A program made the translations under genes and the position numbers. From an uncultured Candidatus Peribacteria bacterium (lineage in GTDB: Bacteria; Patescibacteriota; Gracilibacteria; Peribacterales; Peribacteraceae): a DNA stretch of 38,543 bases. Location of the stretch: assembly GCA_964439155.1 (NCBI GenBank), contig CAYTNJ010000001.1, positions 1-38,543 on the forward strand. The letters run 5' to 3'. The notes below the pieces were generated by a model. It searched no databases. It worked only from the letters and a program-made list of their open reading frames with translations, and had not been told where the DNA came from. Positions 26,150 to 34,157 of this stretch are shown piece after piece (the stretch's first letter is position 1; each line of letters begins with the position of its first letter).

Positions 26150-26353
26150 ATGCCTTTTTCCGCCCCGCGTCACCAGTGGCAGATGCCTTCCTTCGCCCAT
26201 CAATTCCGGGGATTTCACTCCTCCCATCCCCTTACGGATGACGAGAGAAGCGCCATTTTAAGCAATATCAAGTTTTCCATGCTCCGTTTTCCTGTAAGAC
26301 TCCCCGCCCCGCATCGTCTACAACTGTGGTTCCGCCACATCACTCTCCAATGA
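26150..26353 (+). CDS. 67-aa ORF: upstream partner, or detached N-terminal segment, of the DUF5667-like gene
   Basis: ATG 26150. Its stop TGA (26351-26353) overlaps ATG 26350 of the next ORF (ATGA). Contains LTDDERSAILSNI, which resembles the cytoplasmic N-termini of DUF5667/anti-sigma-like proteins (from memory). Confidence 0.3.
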   Translation: MPFSAPRHQWQMPSFAHQFRGFHSSHPLTDDERSAILSNIKFSMLRFPVRLPAPHRLQLWFRHITLQ

Positions 26354-27039
26354 GTGGCGCAGCCGTTTTGGTTTCCTTCCCCCTTATTCGTATGGCTATC
26401 AATACTCTCGCCATCATCGGTTTAAGCGCGGCTACCATCGTTGCCGCGGGAGGCGGTCTCTCCTACGCCGCAGAAAATTCCGTGCCGGGTGACATGCTCT
26501 ACGGCATCAAGACCAACGTGAACGAAGGCTTGCTCTACAGCTTAAACGGCACCGCCTCCGAGCGCGCCGATGCCGAGCTGAAGCTGGCCGAACGCCGCAT
26601 GGACGAAGCCCGCACGCTCCAGACCAACGGTGAGCTCACGGCCGATGTCCAAGCCGACATCGATTCCCAAATCCGCACGCACCTCGCCAACGCCGGCACC
26701 TACGCCATCTCGGCCGAACAGGAAGGCGATGACGCCGACATGGTCACGGACATCCGCTCCAGGCTGAACGCGGCCACCTCCGCGCAGGGTACGCTGTTCC
26801 TCGGCGGCTCCGCGGCCAGCGATAGCTCCGTCTCCTCCGATGCCGATGCCTCGGACGACATCAGCGAAGGCACGGATGCGTCTCTCGACAATGACGGCGA
26901 CACCGATGCGAGCGTCAGCGGCAACGCCGACGCCTCCGTCGACGCCGAGTCCAAAGTGAAAGTCGATGATGACATGAACGGTTCCGTCGATGCCGAAGGC
27001 TCCCTCAATGGAGCCGTGAACGGCACGATGAACTACTAA
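26350..27039 (+). CDS. DUF5667-like membrane-anchored protein with a D/S/A-rich low-complexity tail
   Basis: TM helix AINTLAIIGLSAATIVAAGGGL, then PGDMLYGIKTNVNEGL (DUF5667-type motif, from memory). Tail of DASV-like repeats. Alternative starts at GTG 26326 and ATG 26392. Confidence 0.6.
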   Translation: MSGAAVLVSFPLIRMAINTLAIIGLSAATIVAAGGGLSYAAENSVPGDMLYGIKTNVNEGLLYSLNGTASERADAELKLAERRMDEARTLQTNGELTADVQADIDSQIRTHLANAGTYAISAEQEGDDADMVTDIRSRLNAATSAQGTLFLGGSAASDSSVSSDADASDDISEGTDASLDNDGDTDASVSGNADASVDAESKVKVDDDMNGSVDAEGSLNGAVNGTMNY

Positions 27040-27095
27040 AGTCTCAGCGGGCAGAAATGCCCGCACCAACACTGCTCACCACGCATGAGCGAAAA

Positions 27096-27122
27096 GAGGG
27101 AGGCTCAAGTCCTCCCTTTTTT
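27096..27122 (+). terminator. Intrinsic terminator (usable from both sides)
   Basis: GGGAGG-CTCAAGT-CCTCCC followed by TTTTTT. A second GAAA-capped hairpin GCGGGCA-GAAA-TGCCCGC lies at 27047-27064. Confidence 0.7.
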
Positions 27123-27150
27123 CGTAGATGCCGTTTATGCCCTGCTGCTC

Positions 27151-28095
27151 CTAGTCCACCACCCTAATCCTTGCCCCGATCGCCGGCTTCGCAAACTGGA
27201 AGAACGCGGACTTGTACAGGCGGTCGTAGCTGTCCTCGCCTTCTTCCCACTTGCGCAGAATGTCCAAGTCGCCGGAGCCGCCGTTAGGGTAGAGCACCAG
27301 GCTGCCCGGATCGGCGTCTTTCAGCGATGAACCGATGGTCACGTACTGGCCCACGTTGCCAACCAGCACGTTCACCTTGCCGTCCGTTTTCTTGGCGGAT
27401 GCCTGCACTTCTTCCCAAATTTTCTCGGGGTGCATGCAATAGGTGATCATGTTGCCGAAGCGGTCGATGTACGCCAGCTCCCATTTGTCTTCGGGATAGT
27501 CGGGGATGAGGTCGACGTCGCGGTCTTCGAGCTCGTGCCCGTGATCGGGGTGCAGCAGGAACGGTGTGTAGCTGGAGCGGAATTGCTCCGTTGGGGAGTA
27601 GATCTTGTTATCGAGGTTGTTGAGTACCTGCAGTGTTGCAATGCGGTCTTTCACCGTGGAGAGCGCGGTTAAATCCGTCGTCACGATGCGGATGTTCAAA
27701 TCCTTCGGGATGGCAAGGTAAAACGGCGCGCCGTTCTCGCGGCTGACGCGCGGGGCCGCATTGATGAATACTCCCGTGCACGTCTCCTGGAACTCCTTCT
27801 GAATCTCCTTCGACACGTATTTGTAATCCAAAAACGCGTCATGCAGCGCGAAGATCAGGCGAATCATGTGCGCCGTAATCGCCTCGCGCCCGTAGATGTC
27901 GAACTCGCGGCGCACTTCTTCCAATGGGAAGGACCGGAAATCGGTGCACACCAGCGCGTCGGCGTCATCTTGCAGGAAGGGATTTTTGCTTCGTCCGTAC
28001 GTATCCGAGAACGCGTAAACCCGCCGCAACGTAGTGTAGGACATGCAGGGAGGAGGGAAAGAAGTGGATGGATGATAGGGAAACTGCGTTCTCAC
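27151..28095 (-). CDS. Divergent SAM-hydroxide-adenosyltransferase (DUF62)-like protein, function unknown
   Basis: GTG 28095 overlaps the gatA stop (GTGA); alternative ATG at 28044. Landmarks in DUF62 order: VCTDF, VFINAAPRVSRENG, TEQFRSSYTPFLL, AYIDRFGNMITY. The canonical DPGVG loop is absent. Confidence 0.5.
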   Translation of the reverse strand: MRTQFPYHPSTSFPPPCMSYTTLRRVYAFSDTYGRSKNPFLQDDADALVCTDFRSFPLEEVRREFDIYGREAITAHMIRLIFALHDAFLDYKYVSKEIQKEFQETCTGVFINAAPRVSRENGAPFYLAIPKDLNIRIVTTDLTALSTVKDRIATLQVLNNLDNKIYSPTEQFRSSYTPFLLHPDHGHELEDRDVDLIPDYPEDKWELAYIDRFGNMITYCMHPEKIWEEVQASAKKTDGKVNVLVGNVGQYVTIGSSLKDADPGSLVLYPNGGSGDLDILRKWEEGEDSYDRLYKSAFFQFAKPAIGARIRVVD

Positions 28096-29552
28096 GCAAG
28101 AGCGGGCTTGCGCTCATGCCACTTGGTCGCCTTCTCATACGCGTCCGCCGCCCTAAGAATCGTCCCCTCGCCCCATTGCGGGCCCATCAACTGCAGCCCT
28201 ATGGGCAGCCCTTCTTTCGAAAATCCTCCCGGCACGGATAAGCACGGGATGCCCGCCATCACTTGGCCGTCCAAGAAAATATCTTCCAAGTACATCGCGA
28301 TCGGATCATCGGCGTGGGCGCCCACTTTGAACGCCGGCGTGGGCGATACGGGAGAGAGGATGACGTCGACGGTCTTGTAAGCTTCTTCGAAATCGCGGCA
28401 GATGAGCGTGCGCACTTTCTGGGCTTGGCGGTAGTACGCGTCGAAGTAGCCGGCCGAGAGCGCGTAGGTGCCCACCATGATTCTGCGCTTCACTTCTTTG
28501 CCAAAGCCTTCGCTGCGGGCCGATTGATAGTAATCCACGAGGCCGTCGGCGTTGTTCACGGTGTGGCCGTACCGAATGCCGTCGTAACGGGCCATATTGG
28601 AACTGACTTCCGAAGGGCACAGCACGTAGTACGTCGGCGTCGCATACTTGGTGTGCGGCAACGAGATATCGGTAAGAATCGCCCCCAGGCTTTCGAGCAC
28701 CTTGGCGGCCTCGCGCACGGCACCTTCCACTTCGGCGTTCATGCCATCGATGAAATATTCCTTCGGCAGGCCGATCCTCATCCCCTTCACATCTCCCGTC
28801 AGCAGTGCACGGTAATCCGGTACGGGCTTGTCCGAAGTCGTGGCGTCCAAGGGGTCCTTGCCCGAAATCGCCTGCAGGATGATCGCCATATCCTCCACGG
28901 TCTTCGCCAGCGGGCCGATCGTATCGAGGGAGCTGGCCATGCTGAGCACACCGAAGCGGCTGGTGCGGCCGTAAGTGGTGCGAATGCCCGACACGTTGCA
29001 AAACCCTGCGGGCTGGCGGATGGAGCCTCCGGTATCCGTTCCAAGTGCGAATAGGCACTCGTCCGCTGCGATACCCGCCGCAGAGCCACCGGACGATCCT
29101 CCGGCTACGCGAGCCGTGTCCCAGGGGTTCCTGGTGGGTCCGTAGCACGAGGTCTCGGTAGAAGCACCCATGGTGAATTCGTCGGTGTTCGCCTTGCCGA
29201 TGCTGATCGCGCCCGCGGCCTTCAATCTCTTGGTCGTCGTGGAGTCGAAAGGCGGCAGGTACGTCTTCTTGCGCAGCATGTTCGAACACGCTGTGGTGGG
29301 TACGCCCTCCTCGCAGTACACGTCCTTGGCCAGGTAAGGGATGCCCGAAAGCGGGTGCGAAAAGTCTTTCGTTGCATCTACCTTCTTGGCTTGCTCCAGG
29401 GCTCTCTCAAAATTTTTGTAGATGACGGCGTTCAACGCTCCATCCACTTTTTCCACGCGGTCGATGCACGCCTGCATGAGCTCGGTCGCGGTGAGCTCCC
29501 CTTTTTTGAGCGCCTCATGCGCCTGCGCGATGGTGAGAGCGTTGGGCGTCAT
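28092..29552 (-). CDS. gatA: Glu-tRNA(Gln)/Asp-tRNA(Asn) amidotransferase subunit A
   Basis: Amidase signature GGSSGGSAAGIAA. 486 aa. Start lies 2 nt after the gatC stop. Confidence 0.92.
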   Translation of the reverse strand: MTPNALTIAQAHEALKKGELTATELMQACIDRVEKVDGALNAVIYKNFERALEQAKKVDATKDFSHPLSGIPYLAKDVYCEEGVPTTACSNMLRKKTYLPPFDSTTTKRLKAAGAISIGKANTDEFTMGASTETSCYGPTRNPWDTARVAGGSSGGSAAGIAADECLFALGTDTGGSIRQPAGFCNVSGIRTTYGRTSRFGVLSMASSLDTIGPLAKTVEDMAIILQAISGKDPLDATTSDKPVPDYRALLTGDVKGMRIGLPKEYFIDGMNAEVEGAVREAAKVLESLGAILTDISLPHTKYATPTYYVLCPSEVSSNMARYDGIRYGHTVNNADGLVDYYQSARSEGFGKEVKRRIMVGTYALSAGYFDAYYRQAQKVRTLICRDFEEAYKTVDVILSPVSPTPAFKVGAHADDPIAMYLEDIFLDGQVMAGIPCLSVPGGFSKEGLPIGLQLMGPQWGEGTILRAADAYEKATKWHERKPALA

Positions 29553-29554
29553 AA

Positions 29555-29854
29555 TCAGCCATGGGCAGAAGGTGTTTCGATTTGATGGTCGACGATCGGC
29601 AATGGGCTCGTGGCCAACAAGGCATCCGGCTCCGCGATGGGCTCCGCGCGAATTTCGTCTTCTCTAAAAGCATTCTTCAATCCCGCAACTTGCAGCGTCG
29701 GCTCCACGCCGGTCGTATCCACCTCACGCAGCATGTCGATGTACCCGAAAATGCCGCTCAACTGCTCGGCGAGCACGGGCACCTCCTCATCGCTCAGCTT
29801 TAGCCGAGCGAGTTTCGCGATATGCCGGACTTGGTCGTTGGTCAGAGACGCCAT
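29555..29854 (-). CDS. gatC: Glu-tRNA(Gln)/Asp-tRNA(Asn) amidotransferase subunit C
   Basis: MASLTNDQVRHIAKLARLKLSDEEVPVLAEQLSGIFGYIDMLREVDTTGVEP. 99 aa. Sits immediately upstream of gatA. Confidence 0.85.
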   Translation of the reverse strand: MASLTNDQVRHIAKLARLKLSDEEVPVLAEQLSGIFGYIDMLREVDTTGVEPTLQVAGLKNAFREDEIRAEPIAEPDALLATSPLPIVDHQIETPSAHG

Positions 29855-29897
29855 AAGAAAGAGCTGCGATCATACGAGAATGCCTGAAAGGGTGAGA

Positions 29898-29926
29898 TTG
29901 ACAAAATATACCAAAAATACTATAAT
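29898..29926 (+). promoter_or_regulatory. Consensus sigma70 promoter placed for a leaderless mRNA
   Basis: TTGACA-N17-TATAAT (perfect hexamers). Only 9 nt separate the -10 from ATG 29936. Confidence 0.6.
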
Positions 29927-29935
29927 ATTAACAAT

Positions 29936-31063
29936 ATGGATCACACACAAAAACAGTCCGAACAAAGAACAGAAAATCCGATTTCGCAGGAGACTCTCAT
30001 AGAGAGCGTGAACAAGACAGTCCGAGGCCTGCAAACGCGCAATGCGGATGCCGCAGAACGGGTGATGGAATTATGTGCGCTTGTTGAAGATGTCACCGGG
30101 CGTGGCTTAGGGATGGATTTTTCCGAGAAACTTTATGGAAAAAATCATATGCAGGAACCGGGCGCGGAGCAGTCGCTTGCGAAAGTGCGCTACGAATTGA
30201 AGCAACTGTTGGCAAACGGCTTGGACGAAGAGAACCGGAGAATGGCCGACGCTTATGCGAACCTTGCGGAGGAAGAGGAGGAAACGCTTGTAGCAGAAGA
30301 AGAGGGCGACTTGCCGGTAAAACCTTTGCTGCCCAAACACAAAGAGGCAGTGGGCGAGCGGAGCGATGATATTTTTGAAATCGATGCGGGTGATGCGGCA
30401 TACACGATCAACGGCCACAGCCTTGAGCACGCCTACATGTATCCGAAGGGTGAAATCATGGCACCCCTCACGCAGCGCCAAATGGACTTTAAAATGTCGC
30501 AAATCAGGGCCGACAAACGCGACCGCGCGGTCAAGGAAGAGGAGGCCGTGCTAGATGCTCTTCGGCTGAATCCCTATAAGGAGAATCCTATAGAACCCGA
30601 TACAAGCTGGCTGAAGAAAGTGCTTTATCACCTATGGGACGAAATGAAATATTTCACCGATGAAACGGAGCATATGATGCAAAATCTGTACCTTGTTCCT
30701 GCAGTTGGAACCGATGCCGATCTTTATGGCGCGGATTGTCTTGCGGTGTACACCGATCCCGTCACCGGCAAGCACGTTGTTGTGACCATAGACATTACGG
30801 CGCAACCCGATGGCAAACTGGATGGTAAGGCCGATATCGTGGTTAGTCCGAATCATGCATTCGTTCATCATGATATTAAAAACAAGGCATTGGATGGCCT
30901 ATTCACCGATAAAGAAAGCCAGAAAATCAGTGCGCCAAAAGCCAAAGAGAGGCGCGCGCTGATCGGTAAAGCAATCGGCATCATCCTCAAAGAAAAGCTC
31001 AAGAAAATCGAACGCGGGCAGGTCGTGCATCATTTCCGCCTCCCGGGAAAAGGCAAAGCGTAA
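29936..31063 (+). CDS. Hypothetical protein (acidic helical N-half, beta-rich C-half)
   Basis: 375-aa ORF in a visibly lower-GC segment. No recognisable motif; HAFVHHD is the only His cluster. Confidence 0.6.
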   Translation: MDHTQKQSEQRTENPISQETLIESVNKTVRGLQTRNADAAERVMELCALVEDVTGRGLGMDFSEKLYGKNHMQEPGAEQSLAKVRYELKQLLANGLDEENRRMADAYANLAEEEEETLVAEEEGDLPVKPLLPKHKEAVGERSDDIFEIDAGDAAYTINGHSLEHAYMYPKGEIMAPLTQRQMDFKMSQIRADKRDRAVKEEEAVLDALRLNPYKENPIEPDTSWLKKVLYHLWDEMKYFTDETEHMMQNLYLVPAVGTDADLYGADCLAVYTDPVTGKHVVVTIDITAQPDGKLDGKADIVVSPNHAFVHHDIKNKALDGLFTDKESQKISAPKAKERRALIGKAIGIILKEKLKKIERGQVVHHFRLPGKGKA

Positions 31064-31064
31064 G

Positions 31065-31394
31065 CTAGGAAATGTTCAGGATATCGCTGACCAGCTGCTC
31101 CATTTTCTGCTTAAAGGGATTCCCGTCACCTCGTAACGCTCTGGAACTTTTTGCAAAAGCATCATCATCGGGACCAATGGCGCCATTCTCTACCAATGCA
31201 GCCACGGCGATGCGCACCGTCTCCGTTATCTGCTCCCGTGCACTCAGCCGCTGGAGCAAGATGTTTACCGAAATAGCGTGGGCTTTCCTTGCTGCAGGTT
31301 CAACGGTCTTGAGAGCAGCCAAAGCGGCATTCACACACAAGCTCTGTGCGAGAACTTCATAATCATCGCCGGATAAGACGTCTTTGGCAGACAT
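31065..31394 (-). CDS. Hypothetical small helical protein
   Basis: 109-aa ORF from an ATG. Its stop codon is separated by 1 nt from the convergent stop of the 375-aa gene. Confidence 0.5.
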   Translation of the reverse strand: MSAKDVLSGDDYEVLAQSLCVNAALAALKTVEPAARKAHAISVNILLQRLSAREQITETVRIAVAALVENGAIGPDDDAFAKSSRALRGDGNPFKQKMEQLVSDILNIS

Positions 31395-31472
31395 AGTCGG
31401 GCAACATAGAGGAAATGCGCCCTAGGACAAAGAAGATTTGACGCTTTGCCCGAAAGCCGCGAATCTCCTCCC

Positions 31473-31865
31473 ATGCCCCTGCAACGCCTCCGCGGCCGGA
31501 AAATATGCGATTTCGTGCTGCGTAAAGGCAAGGTATGGAAAGGCAAAACCCTGTCCGTGCGCTTTGTGCTGGGCGCACCAAGGCATCCGGCCGTGGACCC
31601 CGAAGCGCAGGCGCTGTATGTCGGCTGCTTCGCTTCGTCCAAACTGGATAAATCCGCCGTGCGCCGCAACCGCATGCGCCGCCGGTGCCGCGAGGCACTG
31701 CGCATCAGCCTGAACAAACACGGCGATTTGCCTGCCGCGCAGTTGTTGCTGTGTCCTAAAACGGCTAGTCTGGATGCTCCGTTCGAAGACATCCTCGGCG
31801 ATGTCTCGACGTTCCTCTCAACTCTCGCCCAATGCCCGAAGCCTCCAAAAAATCACGTTTCATAG
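31473..31865 (+). CDS. rnpA: Ribonuclease P protein component
   Basis: The track start at 31446 is TTG. ATG 31473 gives MPLQRLRGRKICDFVLRKG ... KSAVRRNRMRRRCREAL (RNR-motif). No rpmH upstream. Confidence 0.8.
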   Translation: MPLQRLRGRKICDFVLRKGKVWKGKTLSVRFVLGAPRHPAVDPEAQALYVGCFASSKLDKSAVRRNRMRRRCREALRISLNKHGDLPAAQLLLCPKTASLDAPFEDILGDVSTFLSTLAQCPKPPKNHVS

Positions 31866-33088
31866 ACATCGCGCTCATCTTCGCTGTCGTGTACCTGGTG
31901 TCCACGTTCGCCGTGCGCTGGTTCTTTCCCCCGGCCGATCCTCGCGGCAACGGCATTTTCCTGACTATGGAAGACGCCTCCGTGCGCGCCGGCTTGCACC
32001 CGGTTGCCGTGGTGGAAAACCTCACGGGCAAACCCCTGGTCATTCCCGCGCGCTGCCCCGCTCCTCCCCTCGATACCTTCCGCGTCACCTCTTCCGCGCA
32101 AGGCAGCGGCACCGTGGCTCCGCTTTCCAGCGACCAGCCGCCCGCCGTGGAGTGCCCCGGCGACATCACCGTCGAATCCGGTAAAAAAGGAAAAATCTCG
32201 CTCGCGCCCTGGAAGTATTCTCTCTTCGGGGAGAAGACCAAGTACGAAGTGCGCTTGCCGGCGGAAGTCGCGGCCAAAGCAGGTACCGGGTCCGTTACGG
32301 CCTCCGCGCGGTTCGACGTGTACGAGCCGGGCGCCGTCGTCAAACTGTACCGCGCCATCATTACCAAGCCCTTTCTCAACTTCCTCATCTTCATCGCCTC
32401 GGTGGCGCCGGGGCACAGCTTGGCCGTGGCCATCATCGTGCTCACCCTTTTGGTGAAACTCCTCCTCTTCTTCCCCACGCAAAAATCGCTTGAGGGACAA
32501 AAGAAGATGCAGTTGCTCCAGCCCAAGCTGGAAGAAGTACGCAAGAAATACGAAGGCGATGCCACGCGCCAGCAGCAGGAAACCATGAAGCTCTGGAAGG
32601 AGCACAAGATCAATCCCTTCCAATCCTGCCTGCCGCTTCTGCTGCAATTCCCCATCCTGATCGGTCTCTTCCACGTCATCCGCGACGGCTCCACCTTGGC
32701 GCTCTCGCGCGATCTCATCTATCCGATCTACCAAAATCTCGATTGGTCCTTCGGCACCGGGTTTTTCGGTCTCGATTTAACGCTTCCGAACTATTACTTC
32801 TTTCCGCCCCTGCTCGTCATTCTGCAATTCCTGCAGATGCGCCTTTCCTTCGCCATCTCCGATCGCAAAAAGGCGAAGCAGATCGAAAAGATCGAACACG
32901 GCGGCGTGCAGACGCCCGAAAAAACCGCGCAAGACATCCAACAAAAAATGATGATGTACGTGCTGCCGTTCATGATCGGCTTCTTCGCCATCCAGTTCCC
33001 AGTGGCGGTGTCCCTCTACTGGGGCATCTCGACACTCTTCGGCATCGGGCAACAATTGATCGTCAACAGGGAACACCTCCGCGTCTAA
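31832..33088 (+). CDS. yidC: Membrane protein insertase YidC
   Basis: LVKLLLFFPTQKSLEGQKKMQLLQPKLEEVRKKYEGD...MKLWKEHKINPFQSCLPLLLQFPILIGLF. Overlaps rnpA by 34 nt. Confidence 0.88.
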   Translation: MPEASKKSRFIDIALIFAVVYLVSTFAVRWFFPPADPRGNGIFLTMEDASVRAGLHPVAVVENLTGKPLVIPARCPAPPLDTFRVTSSAQGSGTVAPLSSDQPPAVECPGDITVESGKKGKISLAPWKYSLFGEKTKYEVRLPAEVAAKAGTGSVTASARFDVYEPGAVVKLYRAIITKPFLNFLIFIASVAPGHSLAVAIIVLTLLVKLLLFFPTQKSLEGQKKMQLLQPKLEEVRKKYEGDATRQQQETMKLWKEHKINPFQSCLPLLLQFPILIGLFHVIRDGSTLALSRDLIYPIYQNLDWSFGTGFFGLDLTLPNYYFFPPLLVILQFLQMRLSFAISDRKKAKQIEKIEHGGVQTPEKTAQDIQQKMMMYVLPFMIGFFAIQFPVAVSLYWGISTLFGIGQQLIVNREHLRV

Positions 33089-33116
33089 ATCCGCCCCGAC
33101 CAAGGGCCTACGTGTT

Positions 33117-33139
33117 CCCTCTCCCCTCGCGGGAGAGGG
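33117..33139 (+). terminator. Hairpin after yidC followed by a G-rich tract
   Basis: CCCTCTCCC-CTCGC-GGGAGAGGG, then CTAGGGTGAGGGGGC. No U-run. Confidence 0.4.
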
Positions 33140-33323
33140 CTAGGGTGAGGGGGCAGGAGAAAACTTCCACGCACAGTCCCCACGAGTGGCTTCCCCATAA
33201 AAAGCCCCTTTAAACACACCAAAACCCCAATTAAACCCCAAACCAGGATACTTGCTAAAAATAAGATAAGTTTTATGATAGTACTTATCCTCTCCAGTAG
33301 AGGTCAACAACTGGGTCTTTGCA

Positions 33324-34085
33324 ATGAACGGCTGCAACCAAGAAAGCGAGAAAGACATGAAGAACAACGAAGAAGTGAATCAAGAGCGGTGGGTCGGCAT
33401 CGGATTCTTCACGATCATCGCCCTGATCGTGATCCTGGCCATCGCCCAGAACGCCCCGTCCGCCGAAGACAAGCCCGCTACGAAAGTCACGGACGACTTC
33501 AAGCAATTGGACTCGGACAAGTGGCACGTCCGTAGCCCCAACGAAGCCCTCGTCGGAGTTAAAGACGGCGAGTTGATCTTAATCAACCGCGGCTACGTCT
33601 TCTCCAAAAGGCAAGTCGTGAAGAAGGTCACCATCACGCTGGACTGGGCATGGAAGGACCGTACAAAGAACGATCAAAAGTTCTTGTATGCGGATCACCT
33701 TCTAGTGCTCCTGAGGTCGACAGGTGAGGTGAATAAGGCCCGCTCTTACGAGAGCCTGGACGGGCTCAGAGTAAGGATCATTGCAGGGACAGGCGCCGTC
33801 CGCTTGGAGAAGGCCAATGGGGAAAAAGAGGGGGACATTCTTAAGGAAGAATTGTTGCCCAAGGAAGCCGGACAACCAGCCCTGGCGTCCGATACCTTTC
33901 ACAACATCGTCGTATCAGATGATGGCACGGAAGTCATCGTCAGCGTCAACGGCAAGGAGGCCCTCAAGCACAAGTATAAAGGAGAATTCAAAGGAAAACT
34001 TCTCGGCATCGCCAACCGGGAAAGCGTCGGCTTCCCGCACGAAAGCAGGATTAAGAACATCGCCCTGGAATTCGTGGACAAGTGA
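33324..34085 (+). CDS. Membrane-anchored protein with a LamG/DUF1080-like jelly-roll pattern
   Basis: TM helix WVGIGFFTIIALIVILAI, then FKQLDSDKWHVRSPNEALVGVKDGELILINRGYVFSK. Alternative ATG at 33357. Lower-GC segment. The fold call is weak. Confidence 0.5.
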   Translation: MNGCNQESEKDMKNNEEVNQERWVGIGFFTIIALIVILAIAQNAPSAEDKPATKVTDDFKQLDSDKWHVRSPNEALVGVKDGELILINRGYVFSKRQVVKKVTITLDWAWKDRTKNDQKFLYADHLLVLLRSTGEVNKARSYESLDGLRVRIIAGTGAVRLEKANGEKEGDILKEELLPKEAGQPALASDTFHNIVVSDDGTEVIVSVNGKEALKHKYKGEFKGKLLGIANRESVGFPHESRIKNIALEFVDK

Positions 34086-34118
34086 TCGTATGAACAAGCA
34101 GCCGTAGCAAAGAACCCG

Positions 34119-34147
34119 CCGGAACGACTCGTTGTCGTTCCGGTTTT
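34119..34147 (+). terminator. Intrinsic terminator between convergent genes
   Basis: CCGGAACGAC-TCGTT-GTCGTTCCGG followed by TTTT. Confidence 0.65.
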
Positions 34148-34157
34148 AGCGTGACTC

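Noticed and set aside
28263-29289. 263-aa plus and 327-aa minus off-frame ORFs inside gatA
   Set aside because: The gatA frame carries the amidase signature and full-length similarity. The others are GC-driven shadows.
31765-32734. 317-aa and 293-aa minus-strand ORFs opposite yidC
   Set aside because: The YidC frame is clearly coding. The antisense products are low complexity.
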